Assembly: GCF_006345805.1 (NCBI RefSeq)
Contig: NC_043006.1
Coordinates: 92,442,001-92,506,000 of the forward strand
DNA from: Octopus sinensis
Taxonomy: Eukaryota
Reading direction: 5' to 3'
Length of the DNA stretch: 64,000 nt
Shown piece by piece: positions 51,559 to 64,000 of the stretch. The notes under the pieces were generated by a model that worked only from the letters and a program-made list of their open reading frames with translations, made no database searches and was not told the origin of the DNA. Made by a program: the position numbers and the translations under genes. The first letter of the stretch is position 1; every line of letters starts with the position of its first letter.

Positions 51559-53384
51559 ATACACTGTACTGTATGTGTTACTCGGTCACTGCGGTAACTT
51601 CAGTGACTTAGTAGTTATTTCATATCATATTCTCGAATTAGTATCAGGAAATTTGAAGACACTGAGTTTGGAAGAATTTCGTAGTGCTTAGTGAAGCAAA
51701 CTACTCTCTTTTTAACAGTGACAAACTCTCACATTCATGCGCAAGTACACATACACTCATGTATGTAAGAACGTGTGCATGCATTTCGGCTTTTAACAAA
51801 ACATTGAGCACACAAAAGTATGATGGTGTAGCTACATTAATATGTGTTGGATATCGGTGGTAAGCTTCTATACAGAGCGGTCGTCAGCCCTAAATATAGC
51901 ATGGACATAGCATGCATAATATTGATCCTTTGACAAGAGAGCCAATATGATATATACTTTCGATGCAAATTTTACGCGACTTATCACCGTTTAATCTTAC
52001 ATTTTACTCATAATACGAAGGTTAGGCTCGAATTAAATCATTACAAATTCTATACCATTGTACGAAAGCTATCATATATCATTGTATAATTAATTGGAGA
52101 TAAAAACCTCAAATTTGTTATCTTTATTCTTGAAATTATATTTCGTTGATATATCGCCTATTATAAATCAGTTATTCATTTGGAAGCCATCTGTATTTTC
52201 TATTTTAACGTCATTCTTTTTCCTATTTTGTGTTTTGCGAAGCAATAATCGGAATATGGTCTTACTAGCTTTTATTTTGGAAAATATCTTAAGTTGAAAC
52301 GCCGATAGACACGCTAACCAAATTTGCATTTCATTTGGTTACTATGCGTATGTGTGAATATGCATATATGTGTGTCCCCGTCTGCATAATGCGTGTGTGC
52401 TTATGCGTCTGTGTGGGTCGTTAAATGTTTATGTATATGTATTCTTGTACGTCTGTTTATTGGTTTTACACTCCAGTAAATTCAACGGAGTTTTAGCCTG
52501 ATCTTCCACTAACACTAACCTTCATTATATATCTCGTTTTACCCTTTCATCTATTCTCTATCAAGCAACATTAAACTTTTTTTTTTATCTTCTTCTGCAA
52601 ATAATTATTTTCATTACAATCTTCACTTCGAGCTGAGGTCTTGCTTCTTTAACTCGCTTTTCCTACATATCTTTATATTTTGTTTCCCGCTTTTACTTAT
52701 TGATATTAGTTAGATTCTTTGTCTTCTCTTTATCTATGTTTCTCTCCTCCAAAGTTATTATAATAGAGTATTTAATTCAAAAATGGTTATTAACCTTGCA
52801 AGAAGAAAGATTGTGTAATTCAGCATATAACTGGCGTAAATTCTGCTCCAGTAGTCTATTCATAAAGTCCTATTTGTTCTTTCTTTATTACACGCACGTT
52901 ACATAGTTTTCAGTCGATAACACTGCCCATAGAAACTCAGTGGACTTTGCATGCTAGCCATTGGTTTTCTCTTCGTTAACACGCATCAGAAATCAGTTCT
53001 TAACATAAACCTAGGCTTCCATCAAAATAAAGAAACAAAATATATTCCAAAATTAGGAAACACATTCTAATTTTCCTTTCAATCCATTTCCTTTTAAATG
53101 ATGGAAAAAGAAAATAGTCAAAAACCGCTTGTGCAATGAGATTTGGATAAGTGTTCGTGATGGTGTTCATAGAAACAATTTCCGTTTCATTCAATATATA
53201 ATTTGTTATGTTATCAATGTGGCATGCCCGAATTTGAATCTTTTTTTTGTAAATCTGTAGCCCACCTATTTATTATTCAGATCTACTTTGTCTATTATTC
53301 TCATAGCCAACAACGCAGCAGTACACAGCAATTAAACACAATTCTAATGAGCTAATGATTCATTATTAGATGGAAATGGGTGTA

Positions 53385-53465
53385 TATATATATATATATA
53401 TATATATAGGTAAATAGATAGATAGATCGATATCTAGATAGGTAGATAGATAGATAGATAGACAG

Positions 53466-53564
<99 letters not shown>

Positions 53565-53565
53565 T
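53385..53565. repeat. (TA)n/(GATA)n compound microsatellite
   Basis: Direct reading. Confidence 0.97.
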
Positions 53566-53730
53566 TCCTCGGTAGGCACCAACGTTTGCCGAATACACAG
53601 ACAGGCAAATATACACACTCACACACATACACACACACACGCATATGCACACGCATGCGGCACACACAAACACATACGTGCATATTTCTATTTATGTAAA
53701 TACACACACACATACATGTATTTATGTAAA

Positions 53731-53866
53731 CGTGGCTGCGTGGTAAGTAGTTTTCCCAAACACATGATGCCGGTGTCAGTTTCAATACGTGGCCCCTAAG
53801 CTTCGGACCGATCAAAGTCCTGTGAGTGGATTTGGTAGGTAGAATCCCAAAGAAGCCCATGACATT
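53731..53866 (+). mobile_element. SINE family D, diverged 5' part
   Basis: gtggctgcgtggtaagtag...cctgtgagtggatttggtagg...aagaagccc. Confidence 0.7.
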
Positions 53867-53889
53867 ATATGCGTTTATACATACATGTA

Positions 53890-54262
53890 TATATCTCTCC
53901 CTATCTCTCTCCCTCGGTATATATATATATTATATATATATACAACGTATGTATGTATGTATATATATATATATATATATATACATACATACATTATCCA
54001 TTTATCTATCTTTCTCTCTCTCGCTTTCTCTCTCTCTCTCACTCTCTCTCCAGTCAATTAAAAAACAGGAAAAGAATAAAAAACAAACAAACGTTTTCAC
54101 GTGGTACAAGCAATGTATTAATAAGACGCTCAGAGAAAGAAAAGAGTAGAAGTAGGATAGAGAGAAAGAGAGAGAGAGAGAGACAGATACAGAGACAGAG
54201 AGAGAAAGAGAGAGTGAGAGAGAGATAGAGAGAGAGAAATAAATACATACACACACATATAT
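53890..54262. repeat. Microsatellite cluster (TA)n, (CT)n, (GA)n
   Basis: Direct reading. Confidence 0.93.
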
Positions 54263-57200
54263 ATCTTTTATATTCGACCAGAGAACGTATAATTGAGAAC
54301 AAAAAGAAAACGAATTGTACAATATCCTACGTGGATCCGAATAAAAAATATCATATCAACCTTAGTCATTTGAAAAGTTACAAATAGTAAATTACAAAAA
54401 CCTACAATAAATATTGTTATTTCAACGGTTGTCACTATAATTTTATTCACGCAAAACCATGGCAGTATAATTAAGTCATTTTTTCTTTTACAATTATCAA
54501 TTCAATTTCATTTACAATTAGAATCTATTGTTATTGTACACATAAAATCCCATTCGATATTGTTCTCTTTTGTGTTTTTAGTATTAGTTTCATTGGAGTA
54601 CTTTAACTCAGGTACAATATTCTTCCATTTAACTTGTACAATACAATGTGGTAATACAGAAATGGAATGTAGTGTAACATTTTATAATGCAAGCAGAATT
54701 TCCTAAAAAAAAATTATTGAGATTTTATAATCGTTATCAATTTGGACAGACGATCGTTGTTTTTCTTGTTTCTTTTGTTTTTGTTACCACTTTGCATCTT
54801 ATTTGTGTCACTAGTTTTTGTTCATTGTATTTCTTTCTTTAAAATATCTTAGTCATTACATTATACCATTGAATTAAACATGCATGGACACATAACAGTA
54901 TACATTATTTGTATTGGTTAACGATTATAACGAAAGTAAAGTTTGAACTGAGACAAGAAGCGGAATTTGTTATGTTATTAGTAAAGCAAAATAATGGGAT
55001 ATACTGGTGGTGGCCTTGTCGCATGAATTTGAACCGTCGATGTTTCGGATTGAGAATTCTATACTACTACTGCACTAGAAGTGAAAATTTATACTATAAT
55101 TGAATAAATAAATAAATAGACGACCTAACCCAAACAATAAAAAAAGAAGAATATGTCTTTAATGCGAGAACTCTTCTGCTCCCTTTTGTAACTTTCTTGT
55201 ATTGCTTATACAATTTTGCTGTTTCTTGGTTAGTTTCTCATTAGTAAGAGTTTCACCAATAAAACAACAAATTTAGCATCGAAGATGAGATTACTCGAAG
55301 TTACTAAGAGTTACTAAGTATACGATGCCAATTATCTGCAATGTAACTGTAGATTTATTTTTAATTTGCAATTCATTTTTATAAAAGAATGTGGATTTGC
55401 GTGTAAAGAACATACAAAAAGATTTTCAGAAATTGCTGACCGAAAATCCAGTCAACATAGCGATGACTGCTGAATAATTGGGAACAGTTTGAAGCAGCAA
55501 CTATCTCAGATTGAAGCGGCTCAAGTGCTGCAAACCAAAGAAGAAATTCAAGTGCTACTAGTCGAGAACTCGACCAAGTGAATGGTGTGTTATTCTTCAG
55601 GTCACCGATTTAGTTTGCATTGACACGAATATAATTGCATGACGGGGTTCCGTTATGACCCTGATGATTTCCTCCTTATGATTCAAAGGATTCGATGTCT
55701 TTTTCAAATCAGGAAATGTATGACAAACCCAGTTCCTCTTGATGAAACTTGGAACAACAGACCACATATGATATAGCCATTTCACTCTACCAAAGAATGC
55801 AAGAAATTTAACTTTGGACCAGACCGCACAATAATCAGTTCATAATTGGACACAACAGATCTTTGGCGAGTGTTCATCATTGTTCAGTATTCGATATTAG
55901 TATACAAAATTGTTTAGGCCGAAAGATGATTATATCACCCATGCAGGTGGAGTCGATTTTGAATGGAAACTGTTCGCGTTACCTACCATGAGAGAAGACC
56001 ATTTCAAATGCTTAATGTGTATTTGCAGCTTACAGTCACATACCGACACTGAAGTATGAATTAAATTATTGAACAAAACTGGACAATCTCTAGAAATGAC
56101 CATCCAAGAAATTACACATGGGTGCCAATACCTTCAACACCTTAAGCACAACACATGTTGGAGCACTTACCATCCAACCCTAGCTTAAATATCGCGAGAA
56201 TAACTTCCCGGATGTCTCCATATCTAGTAAGCACTGAGAAATGAAAACCAGCATCGGTCTGCTGGCATTGCAGTGAATGACATTTTGTTCGGTGATGTCC
56301 TTAGAAGACGCGTAAATGGTCAGTGTGCAAATGACGTGGACACCAGAAAAAACAGTGCCAGGAAAACCAAGGAAGTTTAGCAGAACACAAACTGAAAACC
56401 AGACATCGAGCAGTAGTCAGTGACAATTAATCAATTCCGCAACCTAATTCGGTGTCTGTAATGATTGGTTGTAATTTCGAAGCAGAAGGAAAATATGTGA
56501 AATTAAGAAGGAAGGAGAAAATGATCCGTTTATAACTAGACACAACGTTAGGTATTATAAACGTGACACCTTACAACTGGAAAGCTATTGATTCAGCCAA
56601 GTAGAAGCCAACCGCAGTGGCAGCCAGAGATGAATCAGGAGGTAAGCATACTCTCATTTGTTTCTTTTTCTCTGTATTCGAAACGTGTCATATCAGCGTG
56701 TCATATCAGACAAAAGAGAACACCTGGAAGCAAGATACTGACCTAAAATCTTTCAGTATCTCATCTGTGATGAAAACAATCGTAACAATCTTCTTGGTAT
56801 GTCGTCACTTTCTGAGTAACCACCATCATGTCTTCTGTAATTAACGACTATGTTTCATGTACTTGATGTACCTAAATCTGGAGCAATGTTGTTGACGTTT
56901 TACGCAAGTCCTCTCTAGGCAAATGAACCTAAGATTTTAGATTTTCTTTAAAACAGATGCTTTAAATTTCCATTTGAAATCATATGTTTTACTATTAGTC
57001 AACATATTAGTATACATTGACTGCTACATCAAATATTGCTCCTGTTAACAATTTGCCACTGAAAAATGTATTTACCTTTCTTAGTTTTGATGCAGAACGT
57101 CTGGAATCTATGCAGAAGTCAATGCATCAGTCAAAACAATTTCTTTGCTTCAAAGAAAATCAATAATTTACAAACAACATGAACAGGTAATATTGCACAA

Positions 57201-59760
57201 AAGTGTGTGAATAATACAGGAAGAGAAGTAAAATGACACCACTTAATAAATGATAGAAACTATTTCCCGCTTCCTTTAAATCTCGGTTGTATTTAACCTT
57301 TCACAATGTAAATCTTATTTCCTAGTCTAACAATGGTAAACTATATTTGAAACATGCACCCGATTCACATTCTGATGCTAAGTTTTGAGTCCCGAACAAA
57401 ATGTATGGGATTTGTAATACGCGGAGAAAAAAGAAATATAGAATTTGTTTCCTTGCCTGATTCATGGAAGGTAGAAATCAAAGTAGGGAGAAAGGTGACA
57501 GTTTCGAGAAACATCAGAGACGAGTGAGATCAAGAACTGATTTCTTCGAATACAACAATAGATATTTGGTATAAATGTCACTAAATGAAATAAATATAGG
57601 TGTGCAGAATATAAATAAGAATCAAATATAGAATATTTAATGAAGAGTGAAGAGTTTGTCCTAATGCAAAAGTACCGAGTTTGATTGGTAAGATAAAAGG
57701 AATTATGAAAGAGATGTGTATTATATATCATGTATTTATGTTTTTACTGACAACAGTATCTTCAAAGTATTGAGTAAAAATTAGTTCTCCGCGAAGGAAT
57801 ACTATTGCGTGCTTGTGTGTGTGTGTATTTTCCTACGAATTATGGGAAGGGTTTTGAAAGATTAATGGTATTTCATATTTATTGATTTATCACTGTTTAT
57901 GGCCATACACAACTGAAAGTCGAGAAATATAAAACATAACCAAAGACGTGTTTACTTTACTCGATTTCTGAAGTTGGATACTATTTGACTGTTTGTTTAT
58001 TCGATTATAAATTACAGAAATGTTTTCGTTACCATTTCGTGATGATACGTAAACAGGCTGGGCAGCTTTAATGTAAGATTTATGAGAAATTCTTAGAAAT
58101 AAACACATCTACTGGAAATCTAATCAATTATTCCAGTGTAAACAATAATATCCAATTATACTGCCCAAAAACAACGAAGAAGTTTTAACATAGAGCAAAT
58201 TGTGTTGATTCAGACATGCAGTGTGTAACTAATTCGAGAGAGGTACATACATGTATAAGTGATTACCCGCATATATGTGTATGTTGGTGCGTATGAAGCA
58301 TGTACTGTATGTAGTTCTGTAAGATATTTTCTATGACATTTTTATCTAGATGCTTCACTGGAAAACAACAGCAGAGACCGATTTTACAAAAACATATATA
58401 CTGTTTCTGGAAAATAATTGAGCTAAAATAATGCATCTGATGTTTTAATAACGTGTGATACCTGCTTCAGTTGACATGCATAGATGCTCTGGTGCGTGTC
58501 GAAAATATTTGATGTCAATGTGTGAAGTGACATGAATGTCGTGTTTGCACTATAGAGGCAAATTATGCAATAAATTCTTTAGTTCATTTCTTTGTCTTCG
58601 AAATTACAGGCTGAAATAGAACACTGTAAACCCATTTAAGCTTGACAAAGTACTCCCAGGCAATAATTATGCCCGTGTATTGTAGCTGGACTTCAGGCAA
58701 GTGTTAACAAACTCTTCAAAGCACATTGTATGATCTGAAAACAAAAGTACACTCGATATATTTTTCTAAATATTTTGTACTAGAATTTAAAAAACAAAAA
58801 GGACAGGATGCTCATTGATATAATGCATTTAAATACAAAGTTGAGGCGGTTTTGGCGTGTAATTACTGAACAATTTAGAAAAGATAATCGTTGATGCGCC
58901 TTGGTCAATGTGATAATGCATTTGTACTTCCATGTTGCTTCAAAATTTAAAACTGCATTATTGTTTTATTCGTGGGAAAGTATGTCTTGGTCAAACTGTC
59001 ACTTGGTCAATATTATTATCAAGAATGGATAAAGCATCATCAGAATATGTAAACATTGCAAACATTCTAGAAGCGAGGTTCGTCATTTCATGGTTAATGT
59101 ATCTGTACATGCATAATGTATTTTGTTGCTTGCTGAGAGCAACAGGAAGTTATTACAGTAGACCTTTGCAAAAAGATTTGCAATGTCGGGGTTACGTTCA
59201 ATACAAGTAATCGTTAACGACTGGAATATGCTCATGAAACAGGTGAATGGGAGAAGTAATTTCATTGCAGCATGCTAGAAACGTATGATAATAAGAAATG
59301 TTGGAAAACGCTTTGAACGGGAAATACACCATGTGCCGGATGAGTGTGAGCCCAGTTAAGTAGTTCGCTTCTCGATTACGTGAATTCTGGTGTGATCATA
59401 CAGCACGTTGGGTAATTATCTTCTGTCTAATTTCTTCTCGACTAAAGCTTTGTGAGTATAATATGATTTACAGAAATATAATTAGTAGCCTTTTGGAAGA
59501 CTGTCCTTAATTTTTGATTTAGACGTTATCCGTCTCATATTTTTAGAAAATATTTATCAGATGTTAATCTAAGAACTTGCAAATCTTCAAATCAATCTAG
59601 GTCTCCTTTCATTTCCACCATTGGTAACTGAGGTGACCAAAATGCCTCATGAATAGCGTCCAGTTTGCAAGTGAACGGAAATATATCTTTTACTTGGTGA
59701 ATTACAAATTTAAATTAGGATTCAACACTCGAGAAAGAATGAGGTTACAAACATTAAATA

Positions 59761-60856
59761 TTAGGTCGTCAAGTATGAAATTTATAGTAAAGTATATGAT
59801 AAAATTTGACTGCTGCTCATTTTGCGCCATTATTATATTTTGGCAATCTTTATTTTTTTGTTTGAAATCTAATACATAAAGTATTTATAAATCGTTTTTC
59901 CTATTTTTGTTTAGAGATGGATAAGTCGGAACTTCGTAGAGTTTTGAAATATGAGTCCTTTCTTGGAAATACAGCATCACAGACAATTCGGAACATTAAT
60001 GGTTAATGGATTATTTCATTCTAATGTTATTACTCAGCATACAGTATCAAATTGGTTTATAGCATTTCGTTCTGGTAACTTTGACCTCACAAATGAGCAA
60101 CGCTGTCGACCAGAAACAAAGATGGATAATGACGAACTGAAAGCCACCGTCGAGTCAGATCCATCTCAAAGTGCTCGTGAATTGTTGTTGTTGTTTGGTG
60201 TTAACAAGCAAACAATATTGACTCACCTGGTTCAAAGTGGGTTCCACATGAACTGAATGAAAATCAGAGACAGCAAGGTTTGGAAGCCTGCATTATGCTA
60301 CTTTCTCGTCACAAAAATGAATTAGTTTTGAATCGAATTGTAACACCTAATGAGAAATGAATCCAGGGCAACAACCGTAAACGCTCAGCACAATGGTTGG
60401 ACAAAGACGAGCTGCCAAAAGAGTCGAAAAGGGAAACTTCATAAAAATAAAGTTGATGATGTGTGTTGGTGGTCTGGTGCAGGTGTGATCCATTATGATT
60501 TCATTAAAACTGGCTCGCCAGACTACACGTCGCAAAAATGGCATGGGTGAAACTACATCATTCACCGTACTCAACTGATCTTGCCCCCACTGACTTCCAC
60601 TTCTTCCATAATTTGGATAACTTTTTGATAGGAAAAGTATTTAATTCTGAAAATGCTGTAAACAAGCCTTCCAAAATTTTATTGCTTCTAGATTGCCAGG
60701 CTCTTACAATTCCAGAATGGACAAGCTACCGCTGAAATGGCAAAAGTGTATTGACAATATGGGTACATACGTTGATGAATAAAACTATCCCTTGTATTTA
60801 TAAAACATTAGCAAATTTTTTTTTCTTTTTTCCAAATTTCACACTTGACGGCCTAA
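59761..60856 (+). mobile_element. Second mariner family, internally deleted (1096 bp)
   Basis: 23-bp TIRs ttaggtcgtcaagtatgaaattt (59761-59783) and complement (60834-60856), 21/23 match; TA at 59759-59760 and 60857-60858. The TIRs are unrelated to those of the 40313 element. Confidence 0.93.
59917..60782 (+). pseudogene. Mariner transposase, disrupted
   Basis: MDKSELRRVLKYE..., WF.AFRSGNFDLTNE.R.RP, WVPHEL, HSPYSTDLAPTDFHFF, LKWQKCIDNMGTYVDE*; frameshifts and deletions. Confidence 0.92.
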
Positions 60857-61029
60857 TATATTTCTCGTAAATCCAGGAAATTTTAAGCCATACATTTCAA
60901 GCCATATACACATGTAATATGAATATATATACAAATGAATGTCAAATACAATCCATTCAATATGCAGTGAAACGGAAAATAGGAATAATATATTTATTAT
61001 ATACAATTTAACACGGATTTTCGAGATTT

Positions 61030-61250
61030 GCTCTGCACAGAGGGCTGTGCTCTTCTAGCATACACACACTTGAGGACATGCAATCGATACTAAACAGCTC
61101 CCCAACTGTATTTTGGTCTGACCATCAGCATGACGAAAACTGAGCTTGTCCATTAGCCCATTCGTAACCATCATCCCACTATTGCCTCTGCTGTATATGC
61201 TGATAGGAGAGCATTAAAAGCTGTTTCCTCCTTCACTTAACTTTAAATAG
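61030..61250 (+). pseudogene. RTE-clade LINE RT fragment
   Basis: GCALLA..LEDMQSILN...YFGLTISMTKTELVH.P (cf. ADDCALxAH..DLQ....FGLTISxxKTEV.xQP). Confidence 0.75.
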
Positions 61251-61259
61251 AAACCTTAC

Positions 61260-61459
61260 CTGGCATTGTTGTTTTGGGGCACGCAAGAAAACACGTGGTA
61301 AATGAGCGACAGTCACTTGAGCAAAGGGATTCTGCAACTTGAACCATTTGACAAAAGGTTTGGAAGGCACCAACAGACCTCAGGTTATCTGTTCGTACCT
61401 CAAGAGCGAAATTACAGCTTTATTTTACTGAATCCTCATTTGTTGTTCACAAGAGAATC

Positions 61460-61460
<1 letters not shown>
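61260..61460 (+). pseudogene. Probable Penelope-like GIY-YIG C-terminal remnant
   Basis: GIVVLGH...NERQSLEQR, then (frameshift) ILQL..I..KGL, comparable to the R..REQxWIxxLxTxxPxGLN end of PLE endonucleases. Confidence 0.45.
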
Positions 61461-61462
<2 letters not shown>

Positions 61463-61534
<72 letters not shown>

Positions 61535-61577
61535 ATATATGTGTGTGTGTGTGTGTGTGTGTATGTGTGTGTGTGTA
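61463..61577. repeat. (TA)n-(TG)n microsatellite
   Basis: Direct reading. Confidence 0.98.
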
Positions 61578-61594
61578 TTTGAAATCGAAAGGCT

Positions 61595-61665
61595 GTCCCA
61601 CTGATGAAACTGGCCTTCAGCAAATATTTTTTTGATGGAAATAGTTCGAAACCATGGTCTGGGAA
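61595..61665 (+). ncRNA. Type I hammerhead ribozyme motif (one defect at the helix II base)
   Basis: Helix I UCCCA/UGGGA; core CUGAUGA at 61601-61607; helix II AACU/AGUU with extension; GAAAC at 61648-61652; palindromic helix III ACCAUGGU; cleavage triplet GUC at 61657-61659. Confidence 0.7.
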
Positions 61666-61688
61666 ATAATTGAGATGGTAAACGTTTT

Positions 61689-62028
61689 TAATTTTCATTC
61701 CTTTCGAAAATTTATTCTTTTTGGTGGTTTTGAGTTTTCTACTGCTCTTTCTAGCACAATGCTTTCCTATTTGGAAGCCTCTTATTGTATTTCTATATAT
61801 ATATATATGTAAATTCAAAGGGCAAGACCACTAGGTAGTCGACCGTATGCTAGAAATAGATCATTATTACCAGTGGCCTAGCACAAAAACGAATTAGTCA
61901 TTAGACTATATATTATTCACATAGAAATACAATAAGAGGCTTCCAAATAGGAAAGCCTTGTGCTAGAAAGAGCAGTAGAAAACTCAAAACCACCAAAAAG
62001 GATAAATTTTCGAAAGGAATGAAAATTA
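61689..62028. repeat. 108-bp inverted repeat with 124-bp spacer
   Basis: Arms 61689-61796 and 61921-62028; 106/108 complementary by manual alignment. Confidence 0.95.
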
Positions 62029-64000
62029 TATATATATCATTGGAAACACAATTAGACCTCATAATACAATGAGACGGTTGCATTGCCAAGCATTTGCAAG
62101 CCTGGAGAACTACGCTAGCTAGACGTTATGGCAGTTTTGGTGTTACGTGTAGCGATATTATAACAGCCATTAGAATAACGTTATATATCTGATTGCTAGG
62201 AAAGACGAAAGTATAGCAGATCCCCTGAGCTTATCATGGAGCATATAAAATAATCACATTTATTCAACTTTACACTATACACAGTACATTAACCTCCAGA
62301 TGCTTCCAGAAACCAAGATTAATCAACTAGTTAATTAGAATTAGTTAGTATCATGTATGTTTTCACTTATTTCAGATATTAGGTGTTGTATTTACTAATC
62401 ATGTCCACTCGAATCTTTTAATCTAATTTCACAGTCATTATCTTCACTTTGGCTATTAGCTTTTCTCATTTAGTAAGTGCCAGCTTGTATAACATCGCAA
62501 AGTTACGGTAACATTTATCAACTACTTTAGAGATTGTAATATCAATTAATATTCTCATTCATTCATCTCCTATGTCTACCATTTACATTTGGCGAAAAGT
62601 AAGTTAATAAGAATATTGAATTTTGGTAAATATATTCTTTTCATTTTCTTTTTATAATGTACAAAATATCAAAAGCATCAAATTTAAATGTTTATCATGT
62701 TGGGATTCAGAAGAAAATATTCGAGTACACAGCACTCGATAAGTATATATTCTGTGTTGCTCATCTCGTAAACAACTATTTCAAAATTCAAATGAGATAT
62801 ATTTAACCTCAAATGTGCATGTATAATCAAACGTAACCTGTTGTACTTACATGTAATAAACAACAAAAGCTATTAAGCAATTGATACGAAATTAGATCGT
62901 TTAATAGAAACTGTCTGACATTAACACCTAGAAGCTACACATATTTTTTATTTCACTGATCAAACTTCAATTAATTCCAAGTCAATAATTTCGTTCTATT
63001 GGCAATATAATTTCAAGATTATGAAATAAATTATGAGCTACTGTAATTACATACTTTAGGTTAAAATATTTCATAGCGATAAATTTTAAACTATTGACAG
63101 TTTTGAATTTAAAAATAATTGAAATACTTTATTGGTTTGATAGTTAATATTGTCGTTGCGTACATGTATGCGTAAAAATCTGTGCTGTTGCATAACTGCT
63201 ACAATATGGTGGTGTGTTGAACTGTTTAGTATATCTTATATCAAGTATAATACGTTACTTAATGACGTTCACTTTATGCTAATGTAATTTGTTTCAGGCA
63301 CTTCTATGAAAATTGCAATTCGTTTGAGAAATAAAGCCGACAGTGACACACAGTGCACGTTTACTGCATGTATGAGTGAACTTGTTTCATTAAATATACG
63401 ACTGTGTTCAAGTTTTAGTTTTCGTATTTGAGATTTTTGGTATCTTCTTAGTTTCTTCTTGCAGTTAGTTTGGAACAATTACGTTCTTCATTGTGCATTC
63501 CATATTTTAAGGCAGTCAGTTTTATTCTGAGGAGCTGGATATATCGGGTGCCTATATTTCTTAGACACCGGATGAAATCCTGTAGATTCCCATCAACTGT
63601 TTCTTGACTGTAAGTTGGTACGCGCAGAATTATATGTCGCCATCAAAGGTTGGGTGCTGGAATGTTTTTGTCCCTTGTTTACAAGTTGTCTTTGGCACTG
63701 CCATGTGAGAGGTGTATGGTTTGTATGAGTATTCATTTTGAGAAATTTTGTGGATGAAGGTATCATGTATGTGTATGTACTTCTGTATGTATTCAGCCAT
63801 TGAATCGACTTCGTTACTTTGTGTGGAATATAGGTGATCTGATCAATAATCATCTACTGTTGTCATAGTAACGAAGCCAAAGCATGCAGAATGATGCCAC
63901 TTGGCTCAGATTGAACTTGAACTCATCTATGCAGGCGCACTATGTTATAACGTTCTAGGCTCATTTCTATTCTTTACAGCAGTACTTGGAAGGAAGGTGT

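Noticed and set aside
55430-56460. Possible ancient Tc1-like transposase (HAGGVDFEWKLFA, PSNPSLNI)
   Set aside because: Only two faint motif echoes among many stops, and no TIRs found.
56596-57188. Short candidate exons with good donors (GAG|gtaagc at 56641; CAG|gtaata at ~57188); also 48725-48806
   Set aside because: Weak acceptors, short frames and no recognisable protein; expected by chance in 64 kb.

Overview
AT-rich, microsatellite-dense animal genomic DNA, most likely octopus (coleoid cephalopod). That assignment rests on my recollection of the SINE families and the repeat landscape, not on a database hit. I found no intact host protein-coding gene, rRNA, true tRNA gene or CRISPR array. 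Most ORF-track entries are translations of (TA)n/(CA)n/(GA)n repeats or of transposon antisense strands. The window is a graveyard of mobile elements: a decayed Penelope-like element (RT + GIY-YIG) at 1-2218; remnants of CR1, RTE, R4/Dong-like and HERO/NeSL-like LINEs; two mariner transposons with TIRs and TA duplications; non-autonomous Helitrons; and four tRNA-derived SINE families in many copies. Four things stand out. (1) A near-canonical type I hammerhead ribozyme at 61595-61665 lies between a Penelope endonuclease remnant and a 108-bp near-perfect inverted repeat, and a second, degenerate hammerhead at 44385 lies beside another foldback. (2) A 2-kb ORF1-only (HAL1-like) L1/Tx1-type element with a 14-bp TSD sits, together with a full-length mariner, between the A and B boxes of one SINE. 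(3) SINE multimers share the same tail-to-body junction at two loci. (4) A TSD-bounded chimeric retro-insertion is present at 22.1-22.6 kb.
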